Shown: positions 17,038 through 30,999 of the stretch, in pieces
How the letters are laid out: every line of letters starts with the position of its first letter
Numbering within the stretch: the stretch's first letter is position 1
Origin: Amoebidium appalachense
Lineage: Eukaryota; Protista; Ichthyosporea
Reading direction: 5' to 3'
DNA: 64,000 nucleotides
NCBI GenBank assembly: GCA_963693365.1
Contig: CAVNZM010000006.1
Span: 6,737,264-6,801,263 of the forward strand
Notes under the pieces: model-generated
What the model saw: the letters and a program-made list of their open reading frames with translations, nothing else
Databases searched by the model: none
Told to the model about the DNA's origin: nothing
Made by a program: the position numbers and the translations under genes

Positions 17038-18279
17038 GTATCTCTCTCCCCCCCCCCCCCCCCCCTTCTCTCTAACTCCCCCCCCCCCCCCCCCCCCCAC
17101 CCCCCGCTCCCCACTCCCATTCCCTCTCTCCCTCTCCCCCTCTCTCCTCCTTCCCTACCTACCTCCCTCCCTCCCTCCTCTCCCTCCTCACCCTGTAGCT
17201 GATCTCCCTCTCTCCCTCTCTCCCTCTCGCTCTTTTCCCTATATCAGCCTCTTCCCCCCCCCCCCCCCCCCCCCCCCCCAACCCCACCCCCTCCCCCCAT
17301 CCCTTGGGGGTTAAATCCTTATTCTCTAAAAGGCGTCGTGATTTGTGTTCCCCATGGTACCGGCCCCTACCCATTGTACTAGCCTCCCCCCCCCCCCCCC
17401 CCCCCCCCCGGGAAAAAAAAAGAAAACCCCCAAAAATTTGAATAAATAAATCACTTGATAAATAAATAAAAGATAAATAAATAAATAAATAAAAGGATCT
17501 GCATCATACTGTACGGCAATCTAGTAAAGTGTTGGGAAAGAGGGATAAAAGAAGAGACCGCTAGAGACTGAGACTGTGGGAGAAAACCGTGAGAGCAACT
17601 AATATTAGCCCGAGAGCCCTTGGACAGGCCCATCATCTCCTTGAAATCAAAGTGTCAAAACATGATCGCAAATTCCTTGCCCGGCTGCCCGTGCCATTCA
17701 CACAGCCTCCCCCCAGGTTTTGGGGCGAAAACACGTTGTAAATGTCACGTGTCAAATTAATGACATTTGTGTTTGGCATTTGTGTTTGTACATTTGACAG
17801 GTGTGTCGGGCCAAAGGTCAAAGTGGCACAGCCCAACAAAGTGGACGACAGTGCCGGTGTGACATTTGGTAGAGTTTGCAGGGTGGGTCAGTGATTACAT
17901 TTTGACATTTATAGTTCCTTGCACTACAAGTCTGTCTCACAGTTCAGACGTGGTTCGAAGTTCACTTGCAATTTGCTTTTTTTTTTTTTTTTTGATCCGT
18001 CAGTCAAATTTGTGGGAGACCTCCATCACCACCGTATGTAACTATCATAACCAAACATTCACACCCTCCATCATCGTAGTCTGTATCAGTGACTTTTGAA
18101 GCACCACACTGAAGCATCATTATTCTCTTGCACGCCAAATTTCCTTCTCTTTCCTTGCCCCCCTCCACTTCCCCTCCCCCTTTTCTACCTTCAAAACCTG
18201 GCCCACCGAATTGTTGCTGAAAACAACCATAAAACACACACACACACATACAAACAAGCACACACACCCCATACCGAAA

Positions 18280-19786
18280 ATGGAAGGAGAACAAAAAATC
18301 ACCGACATCCCCATTTCCGAATTCGCCGACCCAGGCGCGGGTGGTCCCGCCCCCCCAACCACCACCCCACAACCCTTCTCCATCTACACATCCATGAGCA
18401 TGGGTGTGGGGGGCGCTGGCGCAAAAGTACACCCATCCAACCTCCCTCCATCCTCCGACAAGTTGATGTATGACTTGTGGGGGTCACAACATGTGGCTCC
18501 GTGCGTAGCTGCCGCGTATGAAACGGGACTGTTTGCATATCTTGACGTCAACCCGATGGCTACGGTGGGGGCCACGGCTCAGGCGCTGGGGTTGGCACCC
18601 AGAGGAGTGAGGGCTGTGATGAATGGTAAGGGGTGTGGTTGAGATATCGGTTGGATATATTCGTAGTGCTTAAAGACTATCCACTGAGGAATCGGTATGT
18701 CATCGTATTGGTACCTTTTAATAAGCTCAGCCAAGACCTAGGGTACTTTGGGACTATCGGAAGGATTAGAATCAGTCTATTGGTCGTTCAGACTTTCCGA
18801 AAGATAAAATAGGCTGTATTATTGTTATCTTCTTTAAGTTCAGGTCATCATTAGCTGATTTGGATACACCTAGTAGTATCGAAGCCGACTATCCATTCAC
18901 ACAGGGGTTTCACAGCCTTTCCCGTGCAACTTGCAACCTCCTTACCCAATCATTTCGTTGGCTAAATAGTTCGTGGACCCGCATATTAGCATATTGGATT
19001 ATTTGTTGTTGGTGTTGCTTGCTCGTGGCAAACTATGCATGCCCAAGGTATTCCCAAAGTCACATCACACCTAAAGCAAACATGTGCACACCGTGCACAC
19101 CGGGTGTGCACACCCATTGGGCTAAATGCTACACTACTGCACCCACTGTAAATGCTACACTACTGCACCCACTGTAAATGCTACACTACTGCACCCACTG
19201 TAAATGCTACACTACTGCACCCACTGTAACACTCCTTCTCCCCCCCCCCCCCCCCCCCCCCCCAACACACACACACACACACACACCCTCCCCTCCCCCC
19301 AACCCACCCACCCTCCTTAACCAAGTGCAGAGGCCCACCCATTGCCCTACTAATCCTACCCCATCCCCCCCTTACCCATGCCCCCTCCTCCTCCCCTCCT
19401 TCTCCCCCCCTTTTCTCCTTCCCCCCCCCCCCCCCCTCTTCTTCCCCTCTCCCCTCGGGTCCCCCCCCCCCCCCCCCCCCCCCCCCCCACACACACAACA
19501 CACACACACACACACACCATGCACACAGTGCTTGTTGGGCTTGGTCTGCTGATACGTCACGGGGAGGGTCACGTTCTTGAGGGGGGTCACAGCGCATTTC
19601 TGGGCACGGACAGTCACTTCAATAGGGCATACGTGTTTGCAGCTGACACACCAAGGGACCAGGTGGGTGCATACGGTCTGAAATATCCGGGAATATTTTC
19701 TCGCCCTGCCCTTTCTGTCTTTTCCTTTCTCTAACTCTCTCTCTCTATCCCCTTACTACCCTTGATCCCTCACACTCTCCCCCCGA

Positions 19787-19817
<31 letters not shown>

Positions 19818-20436
19818 TTCCCTCCTCCCCCTTTCTCTTCATCTCTCTACTCCGGGAGTCCCTCTCTGCCTCCCTCCCTCTCTCCCTCCCTCCTTCCTCT
19901 CTTGCCTAGAAACTCACCATCCGTCACTTCCTCCCTACTCCCCTCTCTCACTTTTTCCCGTTTTCCACCCCTTTCGGTTCTTCTTTGAGAGTTTTTTTCC
20001 CCATTCCTTCCTTTTAGTTCTTTCCTTCTTTCTTATTCATCATCTTCCTCTTTTCTTTTTCTTTTCTTTTCTTTTCTATTTTTTTTCTTTTCTTTTTTCT
20101 TTTTTTTTTTTTTTTTTTTTTTTGGGGGGGGGGGGGGGGGAGGAGGGAGGGGAGGGGGGGGGGGGGGGGAGGAAGATGAGACAGTTGAAAGGAGGGGGGA
20201 AGGTATAAGCAGGAAACGAGAAGTGTATATTTTTAGCATGACGGCCAGGTAGGGTGGGGGGGTTGGGGGTGGGGGTGGGGGGGGGGAGAGTGGGGAGGGG
20301 CGCAAGAAGAAAATTTCGTGTTTCGTGGTTATGTTCTTCTGACCCCACCATACATGTATTGAGAGTGAGGTGTATTTGATTTCCATGCTATGGCAAAGCA
20401 AATTGGTCTACACATCTCACCTCATTTCTACCCCCC

Positions 20437-20467
<31 letters not shown>

Positions 20468-21279
20468 AAAAAAAAAAAAGGAAAAAAAAAAGGAGAAGAA
20501 GTTTAGAAAGAGACAGATAAGAAACGAACTTGAACATGCAACAGGAGGCTATCAAAAAAGCAGTAAGGACAATTTGCGAGCATTAAAACAAGCAGAATAC
20601 GCATGTGCAACCACATACATTTTTCCAGCTATCCAAAACTTAGTATATTGCCCATATATCTCACTCATCGACTATCTCGCCAGGTTGAGCGCCTCAAGAC
20701 TGGCCTTGCCACGAACCTTGCTGTGGGTGTGTCCAACCCCATGGAGCTGTGGGAGTCAGGTATATCCATGCCGAATCCAATATTCCGCCACCAAATTTCA
20801 CATACATGTCGAGCTTATACCTCCATGCATATCTCGTTCACCCTTTTAACCCTATTTCCCAGCTGCCCCCCCCCCCCCCCTCCCCTCCCCCCCCCCCCCC
20901 ACCCCCCCCAAAGCCACCTACGGACGTCCTCTTTCAGGTTTCATTCACTTCTCGGTATGTGTCAGTAGAGGTTTGGGTATAATGGCCCGGGGTCTAATTT
21001 CCGTACATCTCAATGGAAACGTGTTGATAGTTATGACACAAAGAAACACCCTGTTCGAAGCAGTCATCCACCCGTCCTCGCTTCACAATTCCTGTACGCT
21101 GAACTGCCATTAAGGAGACCCGACTAGCTTTCCAGCCCGCCCCCCTCCCTCCCCCCACCCTCAATTCGCTCTCTCTCTCTCTCCCTCCCTCCTCCCCCCC
21201 ACCTCTCCCCCTCCCCCCCGCGTCCCTTCCTCCCCCCCTTCCCACCCCATTCCCCTGGGTTCTCAGACCCGGCCTTAAG

Positions 21280-21312
<33 letters not shown>

Positions 21313-22006
21313 ACAACCCCCTCCGCTGCAACTGAGATAGCATACCCGTTGTTGTGAACGTCTGCCCAGTCGATGTTCTGACCTTTGACCTTTTGTACAA
21401 ACTAACAAGTCGCCATCTGTTATCCCCTGCCTCTATTCCACCCCAGCCGTCCTTGGCCGGCCTATTTCTACATTACCCCTCCTCCCCCCCCCTCCCCCTC
21501 CCTCCCCCTCCCTCCCTCGCTTCCTCTGGCTTTTTAAACTCCCTTTCAATGCTCCTAATCCCCCCCCCCCCCCCCCCCCCCCCTCCCCCCTCCCCCTCCC
21601 CCTCCCTCCCTCGCTCCCTCTGGCTTTTAAACTCACTTTCAACGCACCTAATCCCCCCCTCCCCCCCCCGCCCCCCGGCCCTCTTCAAAAAAGAAACCCA
21701 CACACTACCCCCCCCCCTTCCTCGCCCACATACACACACTTACCCACCCACCCACCGTCCCAACCCCCTACCACCCACAGACCCAACTAACCAACACAAC
21801 CCACCCACTAAACAACCCCCCCCCCCCCCCCCCCCCCTCCTCCTCCCCCAACCACTCACCCACCGTTTTCACCGGCACCCCCTACCCCACCCACCCTACC
21901 ACCACCACCACCACACACACACCCGCACCCACACCCACACATCGACACATCCCCCCCCCCCCCCCCCCTCCCTCTCCTCCCCTCTCCCCCCTCCTTCTTC
22001 CTTTCT

Positions 22007-22037
<31 letters not shown>

Positions 22038-22128
22038 CCCACCCACCCATACCCACCCACCCACCCACCCACCCACCCGCACCCACACACACCCACACAC
22101 ACCCACACACACCCACACACCCACACAT

Positions 22129-22161
<33 letters not shown>

Positions 22162-23029
22162 CATGGTGACCCCCGAGCAGGCCACGCAGCTGTGCACCTA
22201 CTTCCAGTCACTGATTCTGCCTGCCGCCACTGCCCTTGCCAGGCACCCAATCATCACTGCTCTGGGCTGCACCTCTCTGCTGGATGTTGGTGGGGGCCCG
22301 GCTACAATGACAATTGCACTGGCCCAGGTAAGGCCCTTGAGCTATTTTAGGAGTTGTGGATGCTATGTGCTCTGATATCAATCCTATGAGCTATTCTTAG
22401 TTGCTGAGAATGCACTATCCCCCTGCACATTTCTCTCGTTGCATGTGCTGCATACATCAGTATTTTTTTTTTAAAAATTCCCAAGTAACAGAATTGGCAG
22501 ATCGTTTTTTCGGGGGCTGAACTGAATGCTGTTGCTCCGGCCCAGGCTCTGAAGGGGGTAAGATCTACTATTAGGCGCTGTCGGTGTGATCTTCAAGCTA
22601 ACAAAAGAATACGTTTGGATTGTTTCATGATCTATTTGTATGCAAACGTTGCAAGTTTGCATATGGAGATCGCATCATAGGCAGCCGAATGCCTACACGG
22701 GCGCTGAAGGTGAAGTCAACATCGCGTCATCATGATATTGACGTTTTATTTATTGCTGCGCAGCAACAAGCCGACATCAGAGGTTTAGGCCTCGCACCTA
22801 TGTTCGTTCCTTTCAAATTGAATGCATTGCAACCCCCCCCCCCCCCCCCCCCCCCCCTCCTATCCCCACTCTTCCTCCAAACACAATTCAGAAAGCAACT
22901 CCTGACAAAAGGTTAGAAACGAAAAAAATGAAAAAAATGCAGAGCATAGTGATAATCGGATGCACTTAACAGCTTTCATACTGCAACAGCATGTGAAATC
23001 TCCACTCCCCCCCCCCCCCCCCCCCCCCC

Positions 23030-23081
<52 letters not shown>

Positions 23082-23220
23082 TTCCCCTCCCTTTCTAACT
23101 GCACCCATTCCGATGATACACACTCCAAAACACACCACAAATCATCAAACACACAACACATCCACCCACGCGCGCACACACACACATACCAACACAAACC
23201 CGCACACATGCGCGTGCGCA

Positions 23221-23253
<33 letters not shown>

Positions 23254-23940
23254 ACCCACACTCAATCACACCCCCCTCCCCCCCCCCTCCCCCTCCCCGC
23301 CCCCTTCCCCCCCCCCCCCCCCCCCCTCCCCCCCCTACACACACCCCACTCACCCCTCCCCCCCCCCCCCCAACCCCTCCCTCCCCTCCCCCCCTCCCCC
23401 CCCTCCCCCCCCCCCTCCCACACACACACACACGTACAGCACAATGTCAGCCTTACCACGTGCACGGTCATGGATCTCCCCTCCGTCTGCTCTGTGGCCG
23501 AGTCTGCCATCGTCCAGGCGGGCATGGCCGGACGAATCAACGTGGTGCCCTGCGATATGTTCCGTGACCCCTGGCCAATCAACGTGCAGGCTGACACCGT
23601 CATGTTCTCGAACGTTCTGCACGACTGGGATGACCAGCAGGTGTGTGTGAAAAAAGAAAATATCATTGAAAGTTTGTGACTGCTCTCCTCAAATACCCTC
23701 ATAATTTGAGGACTATCTTCCCCCCCAAGAATGCAACCCAGATTCACTCCCTTGTAATCATACCCTTTCACAACACACACACAGACACGGACCTGAGATT
23801 AGTCGCCCTTCCCATTTCTTTTTCACTACACACCTAGTCACCCACATGCATGCATGATGTCTCAGGCAAACACACATACTCTGAGTTCCCTTTCGGCTAC
23901 CTTGCCTCCTGGTAGCAAAGAATCCAAATGGCCCCCCCCT

Positions 23941-23973
<33 letters not shown>

Positions 23974-23979
23974 CCCCCC

Positions 23980-24016
<37 letters not shown>

Positions 24017-24967
24017 TTCCCTTAAAACATTCTAACGTTATCATATCAATGAGGTGTCGGTAGGCCTAGAACATATGTTAGGGGTTTATGAGCGGCACCC
24101 TGCTTACCCCCCTCCCCCCTCCCCCCCCCCCCCTGCCCACATTCCCCCTCTCCCCCCGCCCCTCCCTCCCCAGGAGTTCGTTTCAACCCGATCACACCCG
24201 TTAATATCACTATCCCCCCTCCCCCCCCCCCCCCCCCCCCCCTCCCCCCCCCCCCCCCCCCCCCCCTCCCCCCCCCCCCCCCCCCCCCTCTCCGGGGGAA
24301 GCAAGCTCACAAACTCCTCCCTTGAGCCCCCTCCTCCTCTATTCCCTACCCGCAAAAAATTCCGGAAACTTTACTGATGTCTCCAAATAAAGAAAAAGTT
24401 GTGTGCCCAATATTCAAGATCTTCTTTCGTACCCGATCTTACCCCCCTGGATGCGTACTGTTTTGTGTTTGCTTTTGCATAATTCGCACTGTTAACCACA
24501 ATGAATGTGTGTCCTTCTTACTCTGTAACACATACTAACCCCTACTCCCTCACCCCGCCCGCCAACCCTCCTCCCCCCCCCCCCCCCCACTTTAACCCCT
24601 TCCCCCCTCCCTCCCCCCCCCCCCCCCCCTTCCCCCCCCCCCTTCCCCCCCCCCCCCCCCCCAAAAAAAATAAAAAAATAAAAAAAAATTAAAAAAACAA
24701 CGCGCACAGACACTCTTCCTTCTCCAGCAAGCGTACTCGCTGCTCCCCCCCGGTGGTCACGTGCTAGTGCACGAGATGCTCCTCTCAGAGGACGAGTCAG
24801 GCCCACTGACTGTTGCACTCATGTCTCTGCACATGTTTTTGAACACAAAGGGTAGGCAGTTCACCTACGCACAGATGAGGGGGATGTTGTGGACGGTGGG
24901 GTTTGTGGGTGTTGGTGTGGTGTCGACTTACTCTTATTACTCGGTTGTCTATGCGCGCAAGATGTAG
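18280..24967 (+). CDS. SAM-dependent class II O-methyltransferase (Methyltransf_2; ASMT/CrtF/BchU-like), 6 exons
   Basis: Exons 18280-18625, 19529-19662, 20684-20759, 22161-22327, 23440-23640 and 24710-24967 are all GT-AG and phase-consistent. Motifs: dimerisation region AAYETGLFAYL, SAM motif LLDVGGGPA, DLPSV, CDMFRDPWP, SNVLHDWDD, LPPGGHVLVHE. Confidence 0.9.
19123..19229. repeat. 26-bp tandem repeat, 4 perfect copies
   Basis: TAAATGCTACACTACTGCACCCACTG starts at 19123, 19149, 19175 and 19201. Confidence 0.95.
24445..24541 (+). repeat. Subfamily 2 copy of the intronic element in opposite genomic orientation, in intron 5 of the + strand O-methyltransferase
   Basis: Its reverse complement reads GGGGTTAGTATGTGTTACAGAGTAAGAAGGACACACATTCAT...GCAAAAGCAAACAC...CATCCAGGGG, matching the copy at 43608 (GGTTATAGAATGTGTTACAGAGTGCGAGGCACGCGGATTCAT). 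Confidence 0.6.
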
Positions 24968-26125
24968 ATTTCTGTTACGCGGCTGTTTTTTTTTTTCTCG
25001 CCCCCTTCTTTTCTTTTTTTTTTTTCTTTTTCTTTTTTTCTTCTGCTTTCTATGAATGCTTGACATGTTTTTAAAAACAATTTTTTTAAAAAAAAAAAAT
25101 AAAAAGCAGGTTTTGTTGATTTGACGAAGTGACACGGTGCACTTCCTAATACAAATATCGAGATGTAAAGTGGGTACTGGGGATGTGTGGAGGAGGGTGC
25201 AAACTAGTATGTGTTGTCTTGGGTGGGATAGAATTCACTTGCGAGGCCATGCATAGTGCGCAAATCCCAGGTCCAGGTTTGCGACAAGTGATGCTTTGAC
25301 TGTGATATCATGTCCTGTTCATCATATACTGGGCAAACACGTAGCAGAGCTGCTGGGAAGAATCGTTCACAAGAATAGAACCCGTATCAGTGTATTTGCA
25401 TCAGTTTAATATCTTTAAATTTTTTCAATTAACGACGTTCCAAGTCTTAGGCAATGTCTATTCAAATGTGTACTAAAGTTCAACGTGAAACAACTCAAGA
25501 ACAGGACATATGGGGCATGTGCACACAGCTGTGTTACGAAAGGTTGCCCATCTGCACACAGAACGCACGCAGGCCCTTCTCTTTCTCTATCTGGGTTTCC
25601 CAAAGTTCCCATAACATTTAGATCATATCATATTCTTTTCTCCTTTCTATGGCTAGTGCTCATGCATCATATGGTAGGAGTGCTCTCAACTAACGATGAT
25701 GTGCACCGGTACATCGCAATGACATCGTGTGCATGTGCATGCCACGAGTAAGTAAGCACCAAGTTGCACGTCTTGGTGTTTCGTGCACGTGCGCTCTTGC
25801 AGTGCACCTGAAAATGTCATGATGATGAGTTCCAGCTCGCCAGCTAATATAGTATACTAGTAAAAAAACGTGGCCCCGATGGAAGCCTACCTAGGGGCCG
25901 GAGGGGATCCGGAGGGGGTACGCGTTGGAACCCGACACTCATCAGAACGATGTCACGATCGATATGTGCGATGGTGGATGGAGAATCCCGGCCCATCACC
26001 CGGGCAAAAAAAGAGGGAAAAGCAGAGAGTGAAAAAAAAAACAAAAAAGGTTCAGTGTGCCCCGTGTGTGAGGGGAGAGGGTTGGAGGGTCATAGGGCGG
26101 GGAGAAGGGGGGAAGGGGGTAGAGA

Positions 26126-26172
<47 letters not shown>

Positions 26173-26585
26173 GTCGCATTTTTCAACTAAAAAAATATTG
26201 GTCTTAATATAGCTTCCACACTGCCAACGCCTGTATATTTTGTATGTGAAACATACCTTGGTCACGTCCATCGAAACAGGCAATGTTTATTCCCCTGTCA
26301 GCTACCAGGGCTTCAAATTCACTCTGGGTTTAGGGGGCTCTCTACGAGTCCTCCCTGCCCCTCCCTCCGCCTGTCCTTCTCCCTCCCTTTCTCCCTCCCC
26401 TCCCCGCCCCCTACCGCAAAAATTCCTGTATTTTTGTTTGAATATACACTACTAGAAGGCTAAAATTGGCACAATGTTAGATTTGTGTAGTTGCAGGCAC
26501 CGCGTGGCAGCCACCTGATCAACGAAGCCTACCAGTCCCCTTACACTCCCTTTTTTTTGAGGGGCTGTACGGTAGCCTGTACCAT

Positions 26586-27505
26586 TTTTTTTCTTTTGAC
26601 TGGATTTATTCGACGGAAAGATATGAAAGTATTTTTCTTTTGACTGGATTTATTCGACGGAAAGATATGCAAGTATGCACGGCATACTGAGAAGACAATA
26701 AAAAAAGACAATAAAAACTTCACGAGTTATCCAGTAACAAGTGCATACTGAGATACCTGAACACTGTGTGAAAATCATATAAATACTCAATGTGACGACC
26801 AACAGAATTCAACAAAAAGTCTAAAGTGTTCACATTGCCAGCTAGTGTAGCAGATACCCGGAGGGAAAGAGGTAAAACGCGACATAAAAATTCACACCTA
26901 TCAACATGCTTGCGATTAAAAAGGTCAGCACAAAAGTGGCACCAGCGGCGATGAAAACAAGAATTACAGCGCCACTGCACAACTTCCCAGGCAATATCAA
27001 CATCAGAGCACCATACAGACTTATCTACTAGGGTGGTATCCATACGTACAGCAGGAGAAATGTATCCTGCCAAAGCTCCCAAAAAGCGATAATGATCAGT
27101 ACGGTGTTGCCTAAGGAACATAACACATGCCGACTGAGTTTTACCTTTGATTTCTCTATCAGAACGAGAAAAAAACTTATACTGCGTATGGTAATAACGC
27201 GAAAAGGCAGAAAAAACAGGAAGAGAAAAGAAAGAGGGAGTGAGATAGCGAGAGGAAGAATCAGGTGGAAAGAGGGTAGGCTGAGGACATTCAGAAGCAG
27301 CGTTGGTGAATCGGGGGGGAAGAGGGATGGAGGGAGGGGGGGGAAAGAAAGCATAAAGAGGGTGACCATCAGGTAGCCTAACTAAATGAAAACAAAAACG
27401 AAGAGACAATTCCTCCATACGACAAACAGCAGACGACAATCCAAACATACTGATTAAGGGAGGCACAAACCGAGTACGAAACAAAGTGCGTAGCGCAGTA
27501 CCCTA
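26586..27505 (-). mobile_element. 5'-truncated non-LTR retrotransposon (LINE): ORF2 C-terminal region, 3' UTR and A-rich tail
   Basis: The intronless, repeat-free ORF 27484-26720 contains QWRC...WCHFCADLFNRKHVDRC (C-x2-C-x7-H-x3-C knuckle) and LDFLLN, which I recall as typical of post-RT regions of LINEs. It is followed by AATAAA and CAAAAGAAAAAAAA, and the terminal ~46 nt is duplicated. A second copy of the 3' end lies at 14.2 kb. Confidence 0.65.
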
Positions 27506-28595
27506 TATAAAAGTATGCACGGCATGATCTCAGATCTGGTGAGTTTTGAAATCATTTGGTCTTTGTTTAGCTTAAGATTTTAAGAGTTTATTTACCATTT
27601 TAAAACACGTAGCACCTTGAATAATATGTAGCATATTTATGTGAACACAATCAGTAGTATTATGGTTTGTGGCTTGATTCAAATATTTGCATGTGTTGCA
27701 AATCGGAAGTAATTTGGCTTGTCCCATACATTGATGGGTTTTTTGGGAGATTTTTCCAGCGTGCCTTTTGATTGGAAGAAACCGTTAAGCCAATTAAAAG
27801 GTTATGGCTCATATCGATGAGTCATATGACGACAGATCTCTGTTTACACTCAAATCTTTGAACGCAAACGTCGAATAATAGCAGATTTATGGTCATTAAA
27901 GTACAAAAACATTTGAGGAAGCACATGAAGTATGTACGAGCATTCTTTGAATTTGTCCGAACGAATTTACAGAATGGCAGCAGTTCGACGTGTTAGAAAC
28001 TCCGTATACCCCGTAGGCTACAATAAGCATTATCAAATTGCGCATCATGATTTCTTCTGTATGATTACCATTAGCCTCATAGCCTTATAAGAATAGCTGT
28101 AATAGTACTAAATACTTCGAATGGTTATATTAGACAGCAAAAAAACCGTATACAATACCAGCTTAGCAGGACAGTAAAGATCGGGTTCTGAGTTCATCTG
28201 AGAGTCTAAACTGAGTGAATATCTCAGGAAACGAAAAACAATTTAGAAACCTTAGCGCCCCTTAAAGGTGTTGGGGGATTTTGCTTCCATATTTGGAAAA
28301 AGTGCAGCTTTCCAAAATGGCCGAGATCTATCTAGGGGGATGAGCCTATGCAGGAGCCCTTTGGCAGCGGATACGTTCGCGGGAACGTGAATGTTCATGT
28401 TGGTGAAGAGTGTTATAATTTGTGTACAAGTTACTTTTTACCAGTATTAATACTAGTAGTATAATTGGTTTTTCTCAAGAAAAATTTTCACCCCTGCATG
28501 CTGTAATCAACGAGTTCGGTTTTTCTTAGTAAGTGAACGAGCAAGGGAGGTGCTGAAAGGTGAATTCCCTAGTCAACTACACAAGCCTTAGCAAC

Positions 28596-30782
28596 ATGGC
28601 GATAGTTAGAGACCCATCTATTATGAGCCTGGGTGGAAAGGCCGGCGCTGCAACGCTAGAGAAAAATTCCTCCCATGTTTCACTTACAACAGGCGAGATC
28701 TCAGCCAACGCAAATACAGCACAGAACGCACAAGTTTTGAACCAGGGAAATCCGCAAAACGAGTCTTTGCCCCCTGTGGCTCCCCCGGCGGCTGCAGCCA
28801 GTTTGGAGCGAGGTAGCTTCAGTTCTGTGAACTCTATGCCTACGTTTGGCAGTTTATTCAACAGGTTTCGCAACAGCGCTTCTACGCTCTCCCTTCGTAG
28901 TAATGCCGTTGCCAACCCAGAACCACTTCCTCCATCGTCGCCTGAGACACAAAGCCTAGCGTCACAAGATTCGTTTTCTACACAGCAAAACCCCGCCACA
29001 GCAGTAGAAGAAAAACCAACTGATTCAAAGACGGAAACAGCACCCGGGAAAGCCGAGCGGAAAAGGGGCAGTTTTGAACGGCCTGGCTCTGATGCCGAAA
29101 AGTTTGCTTCGCGGTTCAAAGGACTGCAGGATGCCGGTGAAACCATCACAGCTCACTCCCCTGCAGTGATGAATTGCTTTAAGGTACGAGAAGAAAGGGT
29201 ATGGGTAGACACACAAACACACAAAAAAGAACAAGGAGGTGTAGTTTTTTGCGTCTGTACGAAGAGTGAGTTGTTGTAGAACCAAAAGAACTGGTGAGGC
29301 AGGAAGCACGAATGTTTCAGTGTTTTCGTAGAGAAGGCGCTGAAACTAATATGCACAGCACTTGCACGCTTGCCGGCACGGCGTAGTTACGAGAAAAAAA
29401 TCTACCTAAGCTTTCAACCGTCATATAAACTCCTTGCACCATGAACCTGCCTAGTCGTCCCGTTACATCCTTAAATTGTTCTTCAATCGACTCATCACAC
29501 TGCTTGACAACTGCAGGTGCGTCTTGGCACGCCCCTTCTTGGTCGCTTCTACGTCACTACCAAACACCTGTGCTTCTACAGCAGTGTGGACATCACCGGT
29601 TCTGTTAGGGTGCAAGTTCCCGTCACTGACATCGCCAAGGTTTCAATCAATGGCATGGGCGGGCTATCCGTTCGAACGGAGGCGGACGAGAAATATAGTT
29701 TTGTTGTAATGTATAGTGCCGCCAGGGATGCACTTGTGGAGCTGTGGGAGAGTGAAAAGGGAGGCAAACTGGCGTCGGATTCAGCTGGTGAGGAGGAGGG
29801 GGAGTGCACAAATAAGGAAGTGGCAACGGGGGTAGCGAGCGAGATGACGACTGTGCCGTGTGGGTGTGCGAGTCACCTTAAGACGGAGCTGTATAGTGGG
29901 GTGGTCATGTTGCCACCGGAAAAGGTCTTTGCCGCTTTGCATCCTACCAATGGAGATGACACCACTGTTTGGGATAAGATAGTCCTCGACAGGAAGATGA
30001 CAGAAATTAACATTAGCGAATGGGCGGCGGCAGGTGAGACTTCAGGTGGGGCGGAGAACACAGGGGGGAGTTCGGTAGGTGTAGGGGGAACTGGGAAAAA
30101 GACGAGACAGCTGACTTTCCACAAGGCGTTGCCACCCAACCCGTTTGGAGCAAGCAGCGTGTACGTTGAGGAGACACAGACGCTCGTCACCGAGGGACCC
30201 ACTAAGGTATACGTTGTTGATTCGTCCTCCTATACCCCAAACACAAAAGTCGCCAACAGCTTTAAGGTGCACATGCGTGTGTGCGTGTCCAGGCAGGAGC
30301 CCACTGCGCCTTCCACCCATGCGTGGGCCAAGTTGCACATTACGGCGGACATTGAATATGTCAAGAAGCTTTTTGGGCCCATTGAATCGCTGGTCACCCG
30401 TTCTACCATTGCGGAGCTGGCGGTGAACACGGATAACCTTGCCAAGCGGGTTCATGAATACGCATCCACCCAGACAGGGAGTGTCGGCGGAAATGAGACG
30501 TTGCCAAACATGGCGGGCGTGGGTATGCCTGAAAGTGAGGGTGGAAATGGTGGGGCGTTGAAGGAAGCTGCGATTGTCGGGGTGGTGGGTGTGGGGCATG
30601 TGGGTGGGGGTGGTAGTTGGTCGCTGGCGGAGTTAAGGTTTGAGAATGTGGTGGTGGGGCTGCTTGTAGTGATGGTGGTGTTGCTGTGGTTGCAGTTGAG
30701 GGCGGTGAACCAACAGAACGACATGTTGGTGCAGGCATTGGGGGATATTGCAAAGAGATTGGATAGAATGGGGATGGCGTAG
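28596..30782 (+). CDS. GRAM + VASt (StART-like) domain protein with C-terminal TM helix (GRAMD1/Lam/VAD1 family), 2 exons
   Basis: Exons 28596-29183 and 29517-30782 are joined by a phase-0 GT-AG intron. GRAM-like LLGRFYVTTKHLCFYSS; VASt-like INISEW...RQLTFHKAL...VEETQT...YVVDSSSYTPNTKVANSFKVHMRVCV; TM segment VVVGLLVVMVVLLWLQL followed by a short coiled coil. Confidence 0.85.
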
Positions 30783-30955
30783 ATGGGGTAGTGGGGGATG
30801 GCAGATGTATTGGTGCAATATAATGAGTGATCGATTTTCATGGGAAGACTTGTAGGTGCACACGGGGTTGAGTTTATGTAGGCGCAGGCGGTAATGCTAC
30901 GCCGTTATGAACATTTACATACACACAGAGATATGCACACACACGTGCGCGCGCG

Positions 30956-30999
<44 letters not shown>

